Shown here: one piece after another, positions 45,562 to 55,578 of the stretch | How positions within the stretch are numbered: position 1 is the stretch's first letter | Layout: each line of letters starts with the position of its first letter | NCBI GenBank assembly: GCA_049579805.1 | Contig: JBAUOP010000048.1 | Span: 27,136-91,135 of the forward strand | DNA from: Acidobacteriaceae bacterium | Lineage (GTDB): Bacteria > Acidobacteriota > Terriglobia > Terriglobales > Acidobacteriaceae | Direction: 5' to 3' | DNA length: 64,000 bases | Position numbers and translations under genes: made by a program | Notes under the pieces: model-generated | Database searches by the model: none | What the model was told of the DNA's origin: nothing | The model's input: the letters and a program-made list of their open reading frames with translations, nothing else

Positions 45562-48330
45562 ATGCACCTGCCCGGGCCCATCGCCGACGCGCTCCGGCGC
45601 GGCGCCACCATCGTCGCCGCCAGCCCCCGCACCGCCCGTGCTCTCCACCTCCGCTTCGCCGAATCGCAGCGTGCCGGCGGAGCCCGATTCTGGGCCTCAG
45701 CCGCCATCCTCGACTGGGATTCCTGGCTGCGCGATCTCTTTCGCGGTTACGTTTTTGATGCGCCCAACGCGCCCATGCTGCTCTCGCCGCTCCAGGAGCA
45801 GGCGCTCTGGACCCGCGCGCAGGGCAAGGACGCCGCTCGCGTCCTCGCTCCGGAAGCCATGGCCGCTCTCGCCGCCGACGCCTGGACGCTCCTGTCTGCT
45901 TACAATGCGCACCCCGAACGCCGCCACAGCTGGGAGCAGACCGACGCCGAGCGCTTCCGCCACTGGGCCGACGATTTTGAACGGGAATGCGCCCGCAATC
46001 GCTGGCTCAGCGGCAGTCAGCTTGCCTCATTTCTGACAACGGAAGCCGCGCGTCTCACTCTGCCGCCGGAGATCCTGCTCGTCGGCTTCGATCGCGTTCC
46101 ACCCTCGCATCGCGATCTTCTCGCCGCGCTCGAAAACCAGGGCGTCATTGTCGGCGAATTCCGGCCCGTACCGGAGTTCGCCCCGGACGACACCTCTCGT
46201 TCCTGGTGCGCCGCCTCGGATCAGCGTGCCGAAATCGATGCCTGCGCCGCCTGGGCCCGCGACTTTCTTCTCGAGCATCCTGGCGCCCGCATCGGCGTCC
46301 TCGTCCCCGGGCTCGCCGCGCTCCGCAATCCTGTCGACCGCGCCTTCCGCCGCATCCTCATGCCGGCCAGCGAAGACCTTCGCCAAACCTCCGGCGCCAT
46401 GCCCTGGGAATTCTCTCTCGGTCAGCCGCTCGCCGACGTGCCCGTCATCCGTGCCGCCCTGCTGCTGCTGCGCTGGATCGGGGCCCCCCTCCGTGAGGAG
46501 GAGATCTCGTGGCTCGTCCTCTCGGGATTTGTCGCTGACACTGCGACACAAGATCTCGCCCTCGCCCGCCACGACGCTCTGCAGCGCTGTTCCGACCTGG
46601 GCCTCCTCACTCCCGAACGCTCCCTCGCGCGCTACCACGCCGCGCTTACCCGAGCGCCCGGCCTGGATGGTCTCTGGAAGGCCCTGGGCGCCCTGCAGCG
46701 GACCGTTGGCGCCTATCAGCTGCTCGATAAGCCGCGACAACCTTCCGCTCTTGCCGAGCTCGCGCATCGCCTGCTGGAAACCGCTGGCTGGCCGGGCGAC
46801 CGTTCGCCGGACTCCGTACAACACCAGGCTCTGCAGCGTTGGCAGCGCCTCCTCGATGAAATCGCACTCCTCGATTTCGACGGCACGCGTTGCCTTTGGG
46901 CGGAATTCGTCACGCTCCTGGAACGAACCGCCCGCGAGACCATCTTCGCCCCTGAATCCCATGACACGCCCATTCAGATCATGGGTCCCTTCGAGTCCTC
47001 GGGCCAGCAATTCGATGCGATCTGGTTCCTCTCCACGGGCGAGGCTTCCTGGCCGCAGCGTGGACGCTTCCATCCCCTCCTGCCGCCCGCCCTGCAGCGC
47101 CAATTCAAAATGCCGCACAGCACCGCTACCGATGACTGGGACTTAGCCGCCGCTGTCACCACGCGGCTGCTCGCGTCAGCGCCGACCGTCATCTTCAGCT
47201 ACGCCCAGCGCGATAAGGATTCGGAACTGCGTCCCTCGCCTCTCATCGCGGAACTTTTCCCTCGCCAGGACAAAGCCGATCCGGCCGCCGTTCCGCCGTC
47301 CACGTTCGAATCCCTTCCTACCGAAATCATTCCCGACGCCAGCTTCTTTCCCTGGCCCATGCAGGAGAATGCCGGCGGCGCCAGTGTTCTCAAAGCCCAG
47401 GCTGCCTGCCCCTTCCAGGCCTTTGCCCGCCGGCGGCTCCGAGCCGAGCCACTCGATGCTGCCGAGAAAGGCCTCACGCCCGCCGACAAGGGCGGGCTCC
47501 TGCACGAAGTTTTGCAGAGCCTTTTCGGCGGTACACCGGCGAAGGCTCGCTCCGATGGCTCCCCCGCGCTGCCCATTCTCCGCACCCGCGATGAGATTGT
47601 CACCGCGCAAGATACAAATCAACTGTCCGGCCTTCTCGAAAACCACATCGATGCGATCTTCCGGCTCCACTTCCGTGCCGCACCCGACGATGCCTGGCAA
47701 AATGCCTATCTGGCCGCGGAAACACGCCGCCTGCAGGCGCGCCTTACCGAATGGCTCGCCTGCGAAGCCCGCCGCCAGCCCTTCACCGTTGAGGATTGCG
47801 AGCATCGCCTTCCCGACGTCCATATTGGCGACCTCCGCCTCAGCCTCCGTGCCGACCGCATCGATCTTCTCCCCGATGGCACGCGCCTCCTCCTTGACTA
47901 CAAGACTGGACGGATCTCATCCGCAGCCTGGAAAGGCGATCGGCCCGACGAGCCGCAGCTCCCCCTCTACGCCGCCTACGGCAACGTGGAGAACCTGAGC
48001 GGCGTGCTCTTCGCCAAAATTCGCGCGGGCAGCACCAATAAAAAGCCCAATACCGGCTTCGAAGGCCGCGTCCGCGATGCTCGTGGCCAGCTCTCCGCCG
48101 GCTTCGGCAACAAAACAGTAATCGTCACAGATCCTTATTCCGACGCCATGCGCGACGACTGGGCCAGAGCCCTCGACAACCTCGCCCTCGAATTCCTCCA
48201 CGGCGTCGCTACCGTCACGCCCCGCGAGCTACAGGCCTGCAATTACTGCCCACTGCCCGCCCTCTGCCGCAAGGCCGAGCTCGACCTCGTGTCCGTCGCC
48301 GACGCCGACGAAGAGGACTCCGATGCCTGA
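45562..48330 (+). CDS. addB: AddB-type PD-(D/E)XK nuclease subunit of the AddAB helicase-nuclease
   Basis: 922 aa, immediately upstream of and overlapping addA by 8 nt. C-terminal nuclease domain with a Cys cluster (ACPFQAF ... ACNYCPLPALC) and RADRIDLL..G....LDYKTG. Confidence 0.8.
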   Translation: MHLPGPIADALRRGATIVAASPRTARALHLRFAESQRAGGARFWASAAILDWDSWLRDLFRGYVFDAPNAPMLLSPLQEQALWTRAQGKDAARVLAPEAMAALAADAWTLLSAYNAHPERRHSWEQTDAERFRHWADDFERECARNRWLSGSQLASFLTTEAARLTLPPEILLVGFDRVPPSHRDLLAALENQGVIVGEFRPVPEFAPDDTSRSWCAASDQRAEIDACAAWARDFLLEHPGARIGVLVPGLAALRNPVDRAFRRILMPASEDLRQTSGAMPWEFSLGQPLADVPVIRAALLLLRWIGAPLREEEISWLVLSGFVADTATQDLALARHDALQRCSDLGLLTPERSLARYHAALTRAPGLDGLWKALGALQRTVGAYQLLDKPRQPSALAELAHRLLETAGWPGDRSPDSVQHQALQRWQRLLDEIALLDFDGTRCLWAEFVTLLERTARETIFAPESHDTPIQIMGPFESSGQQFDAIWFLSTGEASWPQRGRFHPLLPPALQRQFKMPHSTATDDWDLAAAVTTRLLASAPTVIFSYAQRDKDSELRPSPLIAELFPRQDKADPAAVPPSTFESLPTEIIPDASFFPWPMQENAGGASVLKAQAACPFQAFARRRLRAEPLDAAEKGLTPADKGGLLHEVLQSLFGGTPAKARSDGSPALPILRTRDEIVTAQDTNQLSGLLENHIDAIFRLHFRAAPDDAWQNAYLAAETRRLQARLTEWLACEARRQPFTVEDCEHRLPDVHIGDLRLSLRADRIDLLPDGTRLLLDYKTGRISSAAWKGDRPDEPQLPLYAAYGNVENLSGVLFAKIRAGSTNKKPNTGFEGRVRDARGQLSAGFGNKTVIVTDPYSDAMRDDWARALDNLALEFLHGVATVTPRELQACNYCPLPALCRKAELDLVSVADADEEDSDA

Positions 48331-51300
48331 CATCCTCGTCGATGCGCCCGCCGATCAGGCCGCGCGCGAGCGCGCCCTCGATATTCGCCGCTCTGTGCTC
48401 GTCGAGGCCCCGGCCGGCTCCGGCAAAACCGAACTCCTCACCCGCCGCTTCCTGCGCCTGCTGGCCGCGGTCGACGAGCCCGAGGAAATCCTTGCTGTCA
48501 CCTTCACCCGTGCCGCCACTGCGGAGATGCGGAACCGCATCCTCTCCGATCTGGAAGCCGTCGCCGGCCGGCGTTCCGTCGACCCTGAGGAGATCGGGCG
48601 CCCTGGCCCCGCGCAGGAAGCCTGGGCTCACGCCGAGCGGCGCGGCTGGGATCTGCTCCGCCAGCCGCAGCGCCTCCTGATCGAAACCATCGACTCCCTC
48701 TGCCTCCGCATCGCCTATGATCGTCCCCTCCTCGCCGGTCTTGGTGGCCGCCTGCAGCCGATCGATGATGCGACGCTCCTCTACCACCAGGCCGCACGCC
48801 GTACCCTCGATCAGCTGGGCACGGCGAGCGACCCCGCGCTGGACGCCGGCCTTGCCCATCTCCTCGATCTGCGCGACAACCGGCTCCAGGACTGCGAAAC
48901 TCTCCTCGCCTCGATGCTCGAACGCCGCGACCAGTGGCTCTACGCCTTTCCCTCGCCCGGCGCGATGACCGAAGACGACTGGGAGGGTCTGCGCAAAAAG
49001 CTGGAAGCGCCCTTCCAGCGTGAGATTCGCCGCGTCATCAAAGAAGCGCACCGCATCCTCGCCGACCAGCCAGCCATCGCTCGCCAACTCCTCGAACTTG
49101 CCAGCTACGCCGCTTCTCAGGGAAACGGCAAAGTCGCTCTGCTTGCCCGCGTCCCCGAGTTGTTGCCCGACCTCTCTCTGGACCACTGGCGCTGCCTGTG
49201 CGATTTCCTGCTCAACGGCAAGCACGAGTGGCTCGCCCGAGTCGACAAACGTCACGGCTTTCCTTCCAGAACGCGCGAAGAAAAGGACCGTAAAGAAGCG
49301 ATGGAGCGGCTGCTCGTCTGGCTGCAGCACCGCCCCGATCTGCTCGCCGCCCTGTTTGCTTTGCGGGGGGCCCCGCCGGCGCACTATACCGAAGAGCAGT
49401 GGACCACGCTGCGCCACCTGTTCACCGTCCTGCGCCAGGCCATCGGCCAGCTGCACGTGGTCTTCGCGGAGCAGAATGCCGTCGATTTTATCGAAGTCTC
49501 TCTCGCCGCGCTCAAAGTGCTCGAGCACGCGCCCGACCGCCTCCTCGCCATTGGCGGCAACCTGCGCCACCTTCTCGTCGACGAGTTCCAGGACACCTCA
49601 CGCATCCAGCACAGGCTCGTCACGCTCCTGCTCTCCGCCTGGGATTCCGATCCCGACGAGCGTCGCTCCGTGTTTCTCGTCGGCGATCCGATGCAGTCCA
49701 TCTATATGTTCCGCCAGGCGGAGGTTGAGCTCTTTGCCCACGTCCGCGATCACGGCATTGGAGACCCTGCGAACTGCATCCGCTGCGAACCTGTGCAACT
49801 CTCGGTCAACTTCCGCTCCCACGCCGGGCTCACCGATCCGCTGAACGACATGTTCGCGCGCATCTGCGCCGGCGAGCCGTTGACCGGCTCCGCCGCAGTC
49901 GCTTTTGCCCCGGCGACAGCCCGCGACTCGGCGCCGGCCGACCCCGCGCTTCACCTTCACCCGCAAATTCTCGGCACTCCCGATCGCCGCCCCGGGCCCG
50001 ACGAAGTGCGCGATGCCCAGCAGCACGAGGCCCAGGAGGTTCTTCGCGTCCTCGAGCAACATCTGCCCTCCATTGAGGCGGCGCGCGCGGCGGGCAGGGA
50101 ATATCGGGTTGCTGTTCTTGTCCGCGCCCGTCCGCATCTGGCTCAACTCGTGCCGCTGCTGCGACGCCGCGGCATTCCCTTCCGCGCGGTCGAAATCGAG
50201 CGCCTCTCCGAGCGCCAGGAGCTTCTCGACCTTCTCTCCCTCACCCGCGCCCTCCTGCATCCCATGGATCGCATCGCGTGGCTCGCCGTGCTGCGCGCGC
50301 CGTGGTGCGGGTTGACTCTCGATGATCTCCATTGCCTCACCGGCTCCGACAATCGCTCGTTCAAAAAGGCCTCCGTCCTCGAGCTCATCGACCTGCACCA
50401 GCATCTCCTTTCGCCCGAGGGCCAGCGGCGCCTCGCTCGCACCGGGGAGATTCTTCGCCGCGCGCTCGATCTGCGCTGGCGCCAGGCCGATGTCCCCTCC
50501 TTTGCCTCCTGGATCGAACGGACCTGGCGCACCCTCGGCGGTCCTGCCTGCCTTGATGCCGCCGCTTATGAGAACGCCGAGGTCTTCTTCTCCCTCCTCG
50601 ACGCATTGCCGCCGGATGGCTTCGCCCCTTTCACCGGCGACTTTTCCGCCCAGCTCGACCGCCTCTTCGCGCAACCCGATCCCTCCGTGAGCGAGACCTG
50701 CGGCATTCAGCTCATGACCATCCACAAGGCGAAAGGCCTCGGCTTCGATGTGGTCGTTGTTCCCGGCCTCGAGCGAACCGCTTCCGGCGACGACAATCCG
50801 CTCGTCTGCTCGCTGGAGCGCATCGACCCGTGGGGACTCGGCGAAACCGAATTTCTGGTTGCCCCCATCGGCCTGCACGGCGATGAGACCCATCCTCTCT
50901 ATCGCTGGGTCCGGCGCCAGCGGCAGATGCGATTCGACGAAGAGCGCAAGCGCCTCTTCTACGTCGCCTGCACCCGCGCCCGCCGCGAGTTGCATCTTTT
51001 CGGCGCGGCCGTCTCCGGCGCTGCCGGCCTGCTTCGGCCCCCGAAAGACAGCCTGCTTGCCACCGCCTGGCCCGCGCTCGAGGACGACTTTGAGGCCGCT
51101 GCCCGTTCACCACGGCCTGCCGCCGCGCCGGCGCGGGTGTTTGCCTTCCCCACGCCCGGCGTGCTCGAAGAGGTCGCCGCCGTCGCCGATCCTGGCTCTG
51201 CACCCGGTCCGCGCCGGCTGCTCCTTGACACTGAACCTCTGTCCCCGGCTTCAAATGTCACGGTGGCAGCTACGTTTCTTGCCGGCTCACCCGACCCGCC

Positions 51301-51874
51301 CGACTTCCGCCGTCCCGAGGGCTCCCGCCAAGCCCGCCTGATGGGCTCCGCTGTGCACAATATGCTGCAGCGACTGGGGCCGGATCTGTCAGCCCTCCCG
51401 CCGGCCGATCTCCGCGCCCTAGCCGCCGGACTGCTCCGCGCCGCCGCCCTCACCGGCGACGCACTCGCTTCTGCTGCCGCCGCCGTGACAAAAATGCTGC
51501 GCGCCTGCGCCGAGGACCCCGTTTGCCAGTGGATCCTCGCTGCCCATCCTGACGCTCAGTCGGAAACCTCGTGGTCCGGCTACCTCGATGAATCAGGCGC
51601 GCGCCTTCGCACCCTCCGCGCCGACCGCGTCTTCCGCGCCGGCCCCGCACCCCTGGCCGAAGGCTCCGATGTCTTCTGGATCATCGATTACAAGACCAGT
51701 CCCGGCCCCTCCGGAGCGCTTTTCCTCGCTCAGGAGCGAGCCCGCTACGCACCCCAGCTCGAGGCCTACGCACGCGTCCTCCGCGCGCTGCACGGTGAGA
51801 AGACACCTCTGCGCTTAGGTTTGTACTATCCTGCCCTGTCTGTGCTCGATTACTGGGATCCAGCCACCGGCTGA
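48323..51874 (+). CDS. addA: AddA-type UvrD/Rep-family helicase-nuclease subunit
   Basis: VEAPAGSGKTELLTRRFL (motif I), AVTFTRAATAEMRNRI, LLVDEFQDTS, FLVGDPMQSIYMFRQA, MTIHKAKGLGFDVVVV and a C-terminal PD-(D/E)XK (RADRVF....WIIDYKT). 1183 aa. Confidence 0.9.
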   Translation: MPDILVDAPADQAARERALDIRRSVLVEAPAGSGKTELLTRRFLRLLAAVDEPEEILAVTFTRAATAEMRNRILSDLEAVAGRRSVDPEEIGRPGPAQEAWAHAERRGWDLLRQPQRLLIETIDSLCLRIAYDRPLLAGLGGRLQPIDDATLLYHQAARRTLDQLGTASDPALDAGLAHLLDLRDNRLQDCETLLASMLERRDQWLYAFPSPGAMTEDDWEGLRKKLEAPFQREIRRVIKEAHRILADQPAIARQLLELASYAASQGNGKVALLARVPELLPDLSLDHWRCLCDFLLNGKHEWLARVDKRHGFPSRTREEKDRKEAMERLLVWLQHRPDLLAALFALRGAPPAHYTEEQWTTLRHLFTVLRQAIGQLHVVFAEQNAVDFIEVSLAALKVLEHAPDRLLAIGGNLRHLLVDEFQDTSRIQHRLVTLLLSAWDSDPDERRSVFLVGDPMQSIYMFRQAEVELFAHVRDHGIGDPANCIRCEPVQLSVNFRSHAGLTDPLNDMFARICAGEPLTGSAAVAFAPATARDSAPADPALHLHPQILGTPDRRPGPDEVRDAQQHEAQEVLRVLEQHLPSIEAARAAGREYRVAVLVRARPHLAQLVPLLRRRGIPFRAVEIERLSERQELLDLLSLTRALLHPMDRIAWLAVLRAPWCGLTLDDLHCLTGSDNRSFKKASVLELIDLHQHLLSPEGQRRLARTGEILRRALDLRWRQADVPSFASWIERTWRTLGGPACLDAAAYENAEVFFSLLDALPPDGFAPFTGDFSAQLDRLFAQPDPSVSETCGIQLMTIHKAKGLGFDVVVVPGLERTASGDDNPLVCSLERIDPWGLGETEFLVAPIGLHGDETHPLYRWVRRQRQMRFDEERKRLFYVACTRARRELHLFGAAVSGAAGLLRPPKDSLLATAWPALEDDFEAAARSPRPAAAPARVFAFPTPGVLEEVAAVADPGSAPGPRRLLLDTEPLSPASNVTVAATFLAGSPDPPDFRRPEGSRQARLMGSAVHNMLQRLGPDLSALPPADLRALAAGLLRAAALTGDALASAAAAVTKMLRACAEDPVCQWILAAHPDAQSETSWSGYLDESGARLRTLRADRVFRAGPAPLAEGSDVFWIIDYKTSPGPSGALFLAQERARYAPQLEAYARVLRALHGEKTPLRLGLYYPALSVLDYWDPATG

Positions 51875-52554
51875 TTGTTGTTCCCGGCCGCGGCCGCGCC
51901 CATGTGGTGCCGCACATCCGCCGCCCGCACCCAGAAGATCACGTCCTCCGCGATATTCGTCGCGTGATCGGCCACCCGCTCCAGCGCGCGCGAAATCATC
52001 AGCGCGTTCAGCGCCTGCGGCGCCAGCGCCGGGTCCTTTTTCATCAGGTTCAGCAGCGTGTAATGGGCCCCGCTGTTCAGCTTGTCCACACTGTCGTCCA
52101 TCGACAGCACCGAGTCCGCCATCTCCGCGTCGCCCTCGATGAACGCCTGCAGCGCCCTGCGCACCATCCCGCTCGCCAGGTTCGCGATGCGGGGAATATC
52201 GATCGGCAGCTCCGCCACCGGGAAGGCCTGCAACTCGCGCACGCGGTCGCTGATCACCCGCGCCGAATCCCCCACCCGCTCCACGTCCGCGTTGATCTTG
52301 ATGACCGACAGGATGAAGCGCAGATCGATAGCCATCGGCTGTTCCATGGCCAGCAGGTCCAGGGCCATCTGGTCAATCTCCCGCTCCAGCCGGTTAATCG
52401 CCATCTCGCCGCGATCCACCAGATCGCAGATTGACAGGTCGCGCACCCGATAGGCTTCCACGGCGCGCTGGATCGACTGCTCGGCCATGCCTGCCATGAC
52501 CAGCAGCTTCTCCTTCAGATCGTCCAGGCTCTGATGAAACCGTATGCGCGCCAT
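51850..52554 (-). CDS. phoU: Phosphate signalling complex protein PhoU
   Basis: 234 aa with two PhoU repeats (INADVERVGDSARVI and ISRALERVADHATNIAEDV). Last gene of the pst operon. Its 3' end overlaps the 3' end of addA by 25 bp. Confidence 0.93.
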   Translation of the reverse strand: MARIRFHQSLDDLKEKLLVMAGMAEQSIQRAVEAYRVRDLSICDLVDRGEMAINRLEREIDQMALDLLAMEQPMAIDLRFILSVIKINADVERVGDSARVISDRVRELQAFPVAELPIDIPRIANLASGMVRRALQAFIEGDAEMADSVLSMDDSVDKLNSGAHYTLLNLMKKDPALAPQALNALMISRALERVADHATNIAEDVIFWVRAADVRHHMGAAAAGNNNQPVAGSQ

Positions 52555-53312
52555 TATCCAAACCTGCCCGTAATGTAATCTTCTGTCCGTTTGTCCCCGG
52601 GATTTGTAAAGATTTTGTGGGTCGAATCGAATTCGATAAGCTTCCCGTTCAGAAAGAATCCGGTCCGCTCTGCCACGCGGGCCGCCTGCTGCATGTTGTG
52701 CGTCACGATCACGATCGTATACTGCGATTTCAACTGGAAGATCAGGTCCTCAATCTTCGCCGTCGATACCGGATCCAGCGCCGACGCCGGCTCGTCCATC
52801 AGCAGCACCTCCGGATCGACCGCCAGCGCCCGCGCAATGCATAGCCGCTGCTGCTGCCCTCCGGAAAGACTCGCGCCCGACTTCTTTTTCAGATCGTCCT
52901 TCACCTCGTCCCACAACGCTGCCTGCTGCAGCGAGCGCGCCACCACCTCATCCAGCACCCGGCGGTTGCGGAAGCCGTTCAGCTTCAGCCCCGACGCCAC
53001 GTTGTCGTAAATCGACATCGTTGGAAACGGATTCGGCCGCTGGAAGACCATCCCGATCCGCCGCCGCACCTCCACCGCCGATGTCTCGCTGTAAATGTCC
53101 ACACCGCCGATTTTCACTTCCCCCGTCACCTTCGCAACCGGGTTGGTCTCGTGCATCCGGTTCAGGCACCGCACGAACGTGGATTTACCGCAGCCGGAAG
53201 GACCGATCAGCGCCGTCGCCTCGTTGGGCGGGATGTGCAGCGTGATGTCCAGCAGGGTGTGATTCGTCCCGTACCACGCGTTCAGGGTGTTTACCTCGAT
53301 GCCGACGCCCAT
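52554..53312 (-). CDS. pstB: Phosphate ABC transporter ATP-binding protein PstB
   Basis: [20 protein letters not shown]..., [31 protein letters not shown], and the C-terminal [10 protein letters not shown] typical of PstB. Confidence 0.97.
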   Translation of the reverse strand: MGVGIEVNTLNAWYGTNHTLLDITLHIPPNEATALIGPSGCGKSTFVRCLNRMHETNPVAKVTGEVKIGGVDIYSETSAVEVRRRIGMVFQRPNPFPTMSIYDNVASGLKLNGFRNRRVLDEVVARSLQQAALWDEVKDDLKKKSGASLSGGQQQRLCIARALAVDPEVLLMDEPASALDPVSTAKIEDLIFQLKSQYTIVIVTHNMQQAARVAERTGFFLNGKLIEFDSTHKIFTNPGDKRTEDYITGRFG

Positions 53313-53313
53313 C

Positions 53314-54198
53314 CTAACTATTTCCTTTCAGAACCCCGCGCGAGGTCACATACCGAACCAGAGCAACCGCCACCACAATCAGCACGATCAGCACCAGCGA
53401 CCCCGCCCATGCCAGGCGGTGCCACTCGTCGTACGGAGACAGCGCATACACGTAAATCTGCAGCGGCAGAGCCTCGATCGGCTGGTTCAGGCTGGTGCTC
53501 CAGAAGTTGTTGCCAAACGCCGTGAACAGCAGCGGAGCCGTCTCGCCCGCCACCCGCGCAAACGCCAGCATGCATCCGGTAATCACGCCGGGCAGCGCGG
53601 TCTTCAGCGTGATCGACAACATCGACCGCCAGGTCGGCACGCCCAGCCCCAGCGCCGCCTCGCGGATGGAATGCGGCACCATCAGCAGCATCTCTTCACT
53701 CGTCCGCGCCACGGTGGGGATCATCATGATGCCCAGCACTACGCCGCCCGCGAACGCCGAAAATCCCTTTTCCGGGACCACAATCAGCGCGTACACCGCA
53801 ATCCCCATCACGATCGAGGGCACGCCGTTCAGCACGTCGGCCGTGAACCGCACCAGGATCGACAGCTTGGTTCCGCGCCCGTATTCCGACAGATAAATCC
53901 CCGCCGCAATCCCAATCGGCACGCCAATCGCGCTCGCCAGTCCCAGCAGCACGCCCGAGCCCACAATGGCGTTCGCCATGCCGCCGCCCATTTCGCCCAC
54001 CGGCGCCGGCAGTTTGGTAAAAAAATTCCAGTTCAGCGAAACCGCACCCTTGTAAACCAGATCGATAAAGATCGCCACCAGCGGGGCGGTCACCAGAATC
54101 GTTGCGCCCACCGCCAGCCAGGTCGCCAGATGGTTCGCGAACCAGCGCCAGTGGCGGTTGACCGCGCTCGAGCGCAATGAGACCGTAGCTCCGCTCAC
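53314..54198 (-). CDS. pstA: Phosphate ABC transporter permease PstA
   Basis: In-frame GTG at 54198, sharing one nt with the pst[14 protein letters not shown]...[25 protein letters not shown]...[22 protein letters not shown]...[15 protein letters not shown]. The upstream half of the 586-aa track ORF is an out-of-frame reading of pstC. Confidence 0.88.
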   Translation of the reverse strand: MSGATVSLRSSAVNRHWRWFANHLATWLAVGATILVTAPLVAIFIDLVYKGAVSLNWNFFTKLPAPVGEMGGGMANAIVGSGVLLGLASAIGVPIGIAAGIYLSEYGRGTKLSILVRFTADVLNGVPSIVMGIAVYALIVVPEKGFSAFAGGVVLGIMMIPTVARTSEEMLLMVPHSIREAALGLGVPTWRSMLSITLKTALPGVITGCMLAFARVAGETAPLLFTAFGNNFWSTSLNQPIEALPLQIYVYALSPYDEWHRLAWAGSLVLIVLIVVAVALVRYVTSRGVLKGNS

Positions 54199-55244
54199 TA
54201 GCTCACCCTCGCCGGCGCGCCCCGCGTCACCGCCCACACCAGCAGTCGCGCCAGGATGTTGACCACAATCGTGACCAGAAACAGTGCCAGCCCAATCTCG
54301 ATCAGCGCCGTCCGATGCAGATCGCTCACCGCCTCCGTGAACTCGTTGGCGATTACCGCCGCCATGCTGTAGGCCGGGGCAAGCAGCGACTTCGTAAAGG
54401 TCGGGCTGCTCCCGATCACCATCGCCACCGCCATCGTCTCGCCCAGCGCCCGCCCCAGCCCGAGAATGATCGCTCCGACGATGCCAATGCGCGCATTGCG
54501 CAGCACTGCCATCCGGATCATCTCCCAGCGCGTCGCCCCCAGCGCCAGCACCGCTTCCCTCTGCGTGTGCGGCACTGCCGTCATCACTTCCCGCGTCAGC
54601 GACGAGATGATCGGGAGGATCATAATCGCCAGAATCACCCCCGCCGCGAACAGACCGATGCCGAAATCCGGCCGCACAAACAGCCCCGTCCATCCCAGCG
54701 TATCGATCAGCACCGGATCCACGTAGCCGCGCAGCAGCGGCACCAGAACAAAAATGCCCCACAGGCCGTACACCACGCTGGGAATTGCCGCCAGCAGTTC
54801 GGTCAGAAACGACAGGATCCCGCGCAGTCCCTGCGGGCATATCTCCGTCAGAAAGACCGCGACCCCCACCGCCAGCGGCACCGCGATAATCAGCGCCACC
54901 AGCGACGACGCAACCGTCCCGTAGATAAACGGCAGCGCCCCGAAATGGCCGTGCACGGGGTCCCACGCCGTGCCAACAAAAAACTTCCACCCGAACGCTT
55001 TGATTGTTGGTTCGGACTGTGTCACCAGCTCCGTACCGATGAGCGCCACGATCGCGAAGATGCTCAGCGCGCACAGCAGCATCAGCCAGCGGAACGTCGA
55101 GTCCGCCATGCTGGAACTGCCTCGGCTCTGCAAATAACTGCGAACGGGCGACGGGGCAGGAACGGCGACCGAGATGATCCCACCCACGGGGAGGGCCACC
55201 TCGGCATTTTTTGGGGCGCGGGGTTCCTGAATGCGCAGATTCAC
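54198..55244 (-). CDS. pstC: Phosphate ABC transporter permease PstC
   Basis: FGALPFIYGT...ELLAAIPSVVYGLWG...EAVLALGATRWEMI...LGLGRALGETMAV. The start is uncertain: GTG at 55244 (track) or ATG at 55109 (MADSTFRWL). Third-position GC stays high between them, so I keep the long form. Confidence 0.88.
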   Translation of the reverse strand: MNLRIQEPRAPKNAEVALPVGGIISVAVPAPSPVRSYLQSRGSSSMADSTFRWLMLLCALSIFAIVALIGTELVTQSEPTIKAFGWKFFVGTAWDPVHGHFGALPFIYGTVASSLVALIIAVPLAVGVAVFLTEICPQGLRGILSFLTELLAAIPSVVYGLWGIFVLVPLLRGYVDPVLIDTLGWTGLFVRPDFGIGLFAAGVILAIMILPIISSLTREVMTAVPHTQREAVLALGATRWEMIRMAVLRNARIGIVGAIILGLGRALGETMAVAMVIGSSPTFTKSLLAPAYSMAAVIANEFTEAVSDLHRTALIEIGLALFLVTIVVNILARLLVWAVTRGAPARVS

Positions 55245-55578
55245 GACTCGTCTACCCTAATCCGGCTATTTGAACGCCACGTTAAACGCCATGAAAAATA
55301 AGGAAATAAAGACGGGCAACCGGCACTTCGCCCACAAAAATGGGCTGTGGAAGGCACGGTGCCACGCAGGCGGACAGCGCCGCCACCGGAATCGACTTTT
55401 TTTCACGATTTTCCCGCCCCGGGGGGAAACGGAGTCGATTCTGGTTCCCCTTTGTTAACGGCCGTTTACGCAACCATAAAAAGACCAGGAAAGGGCCGCG
55501 GGCTGCACGTTCCCCTGTGCAGAATGGCCGGGACACTCCTGCGTCGCTCCGAAAGCGACTCCGCCTGGCGGCCAGACC

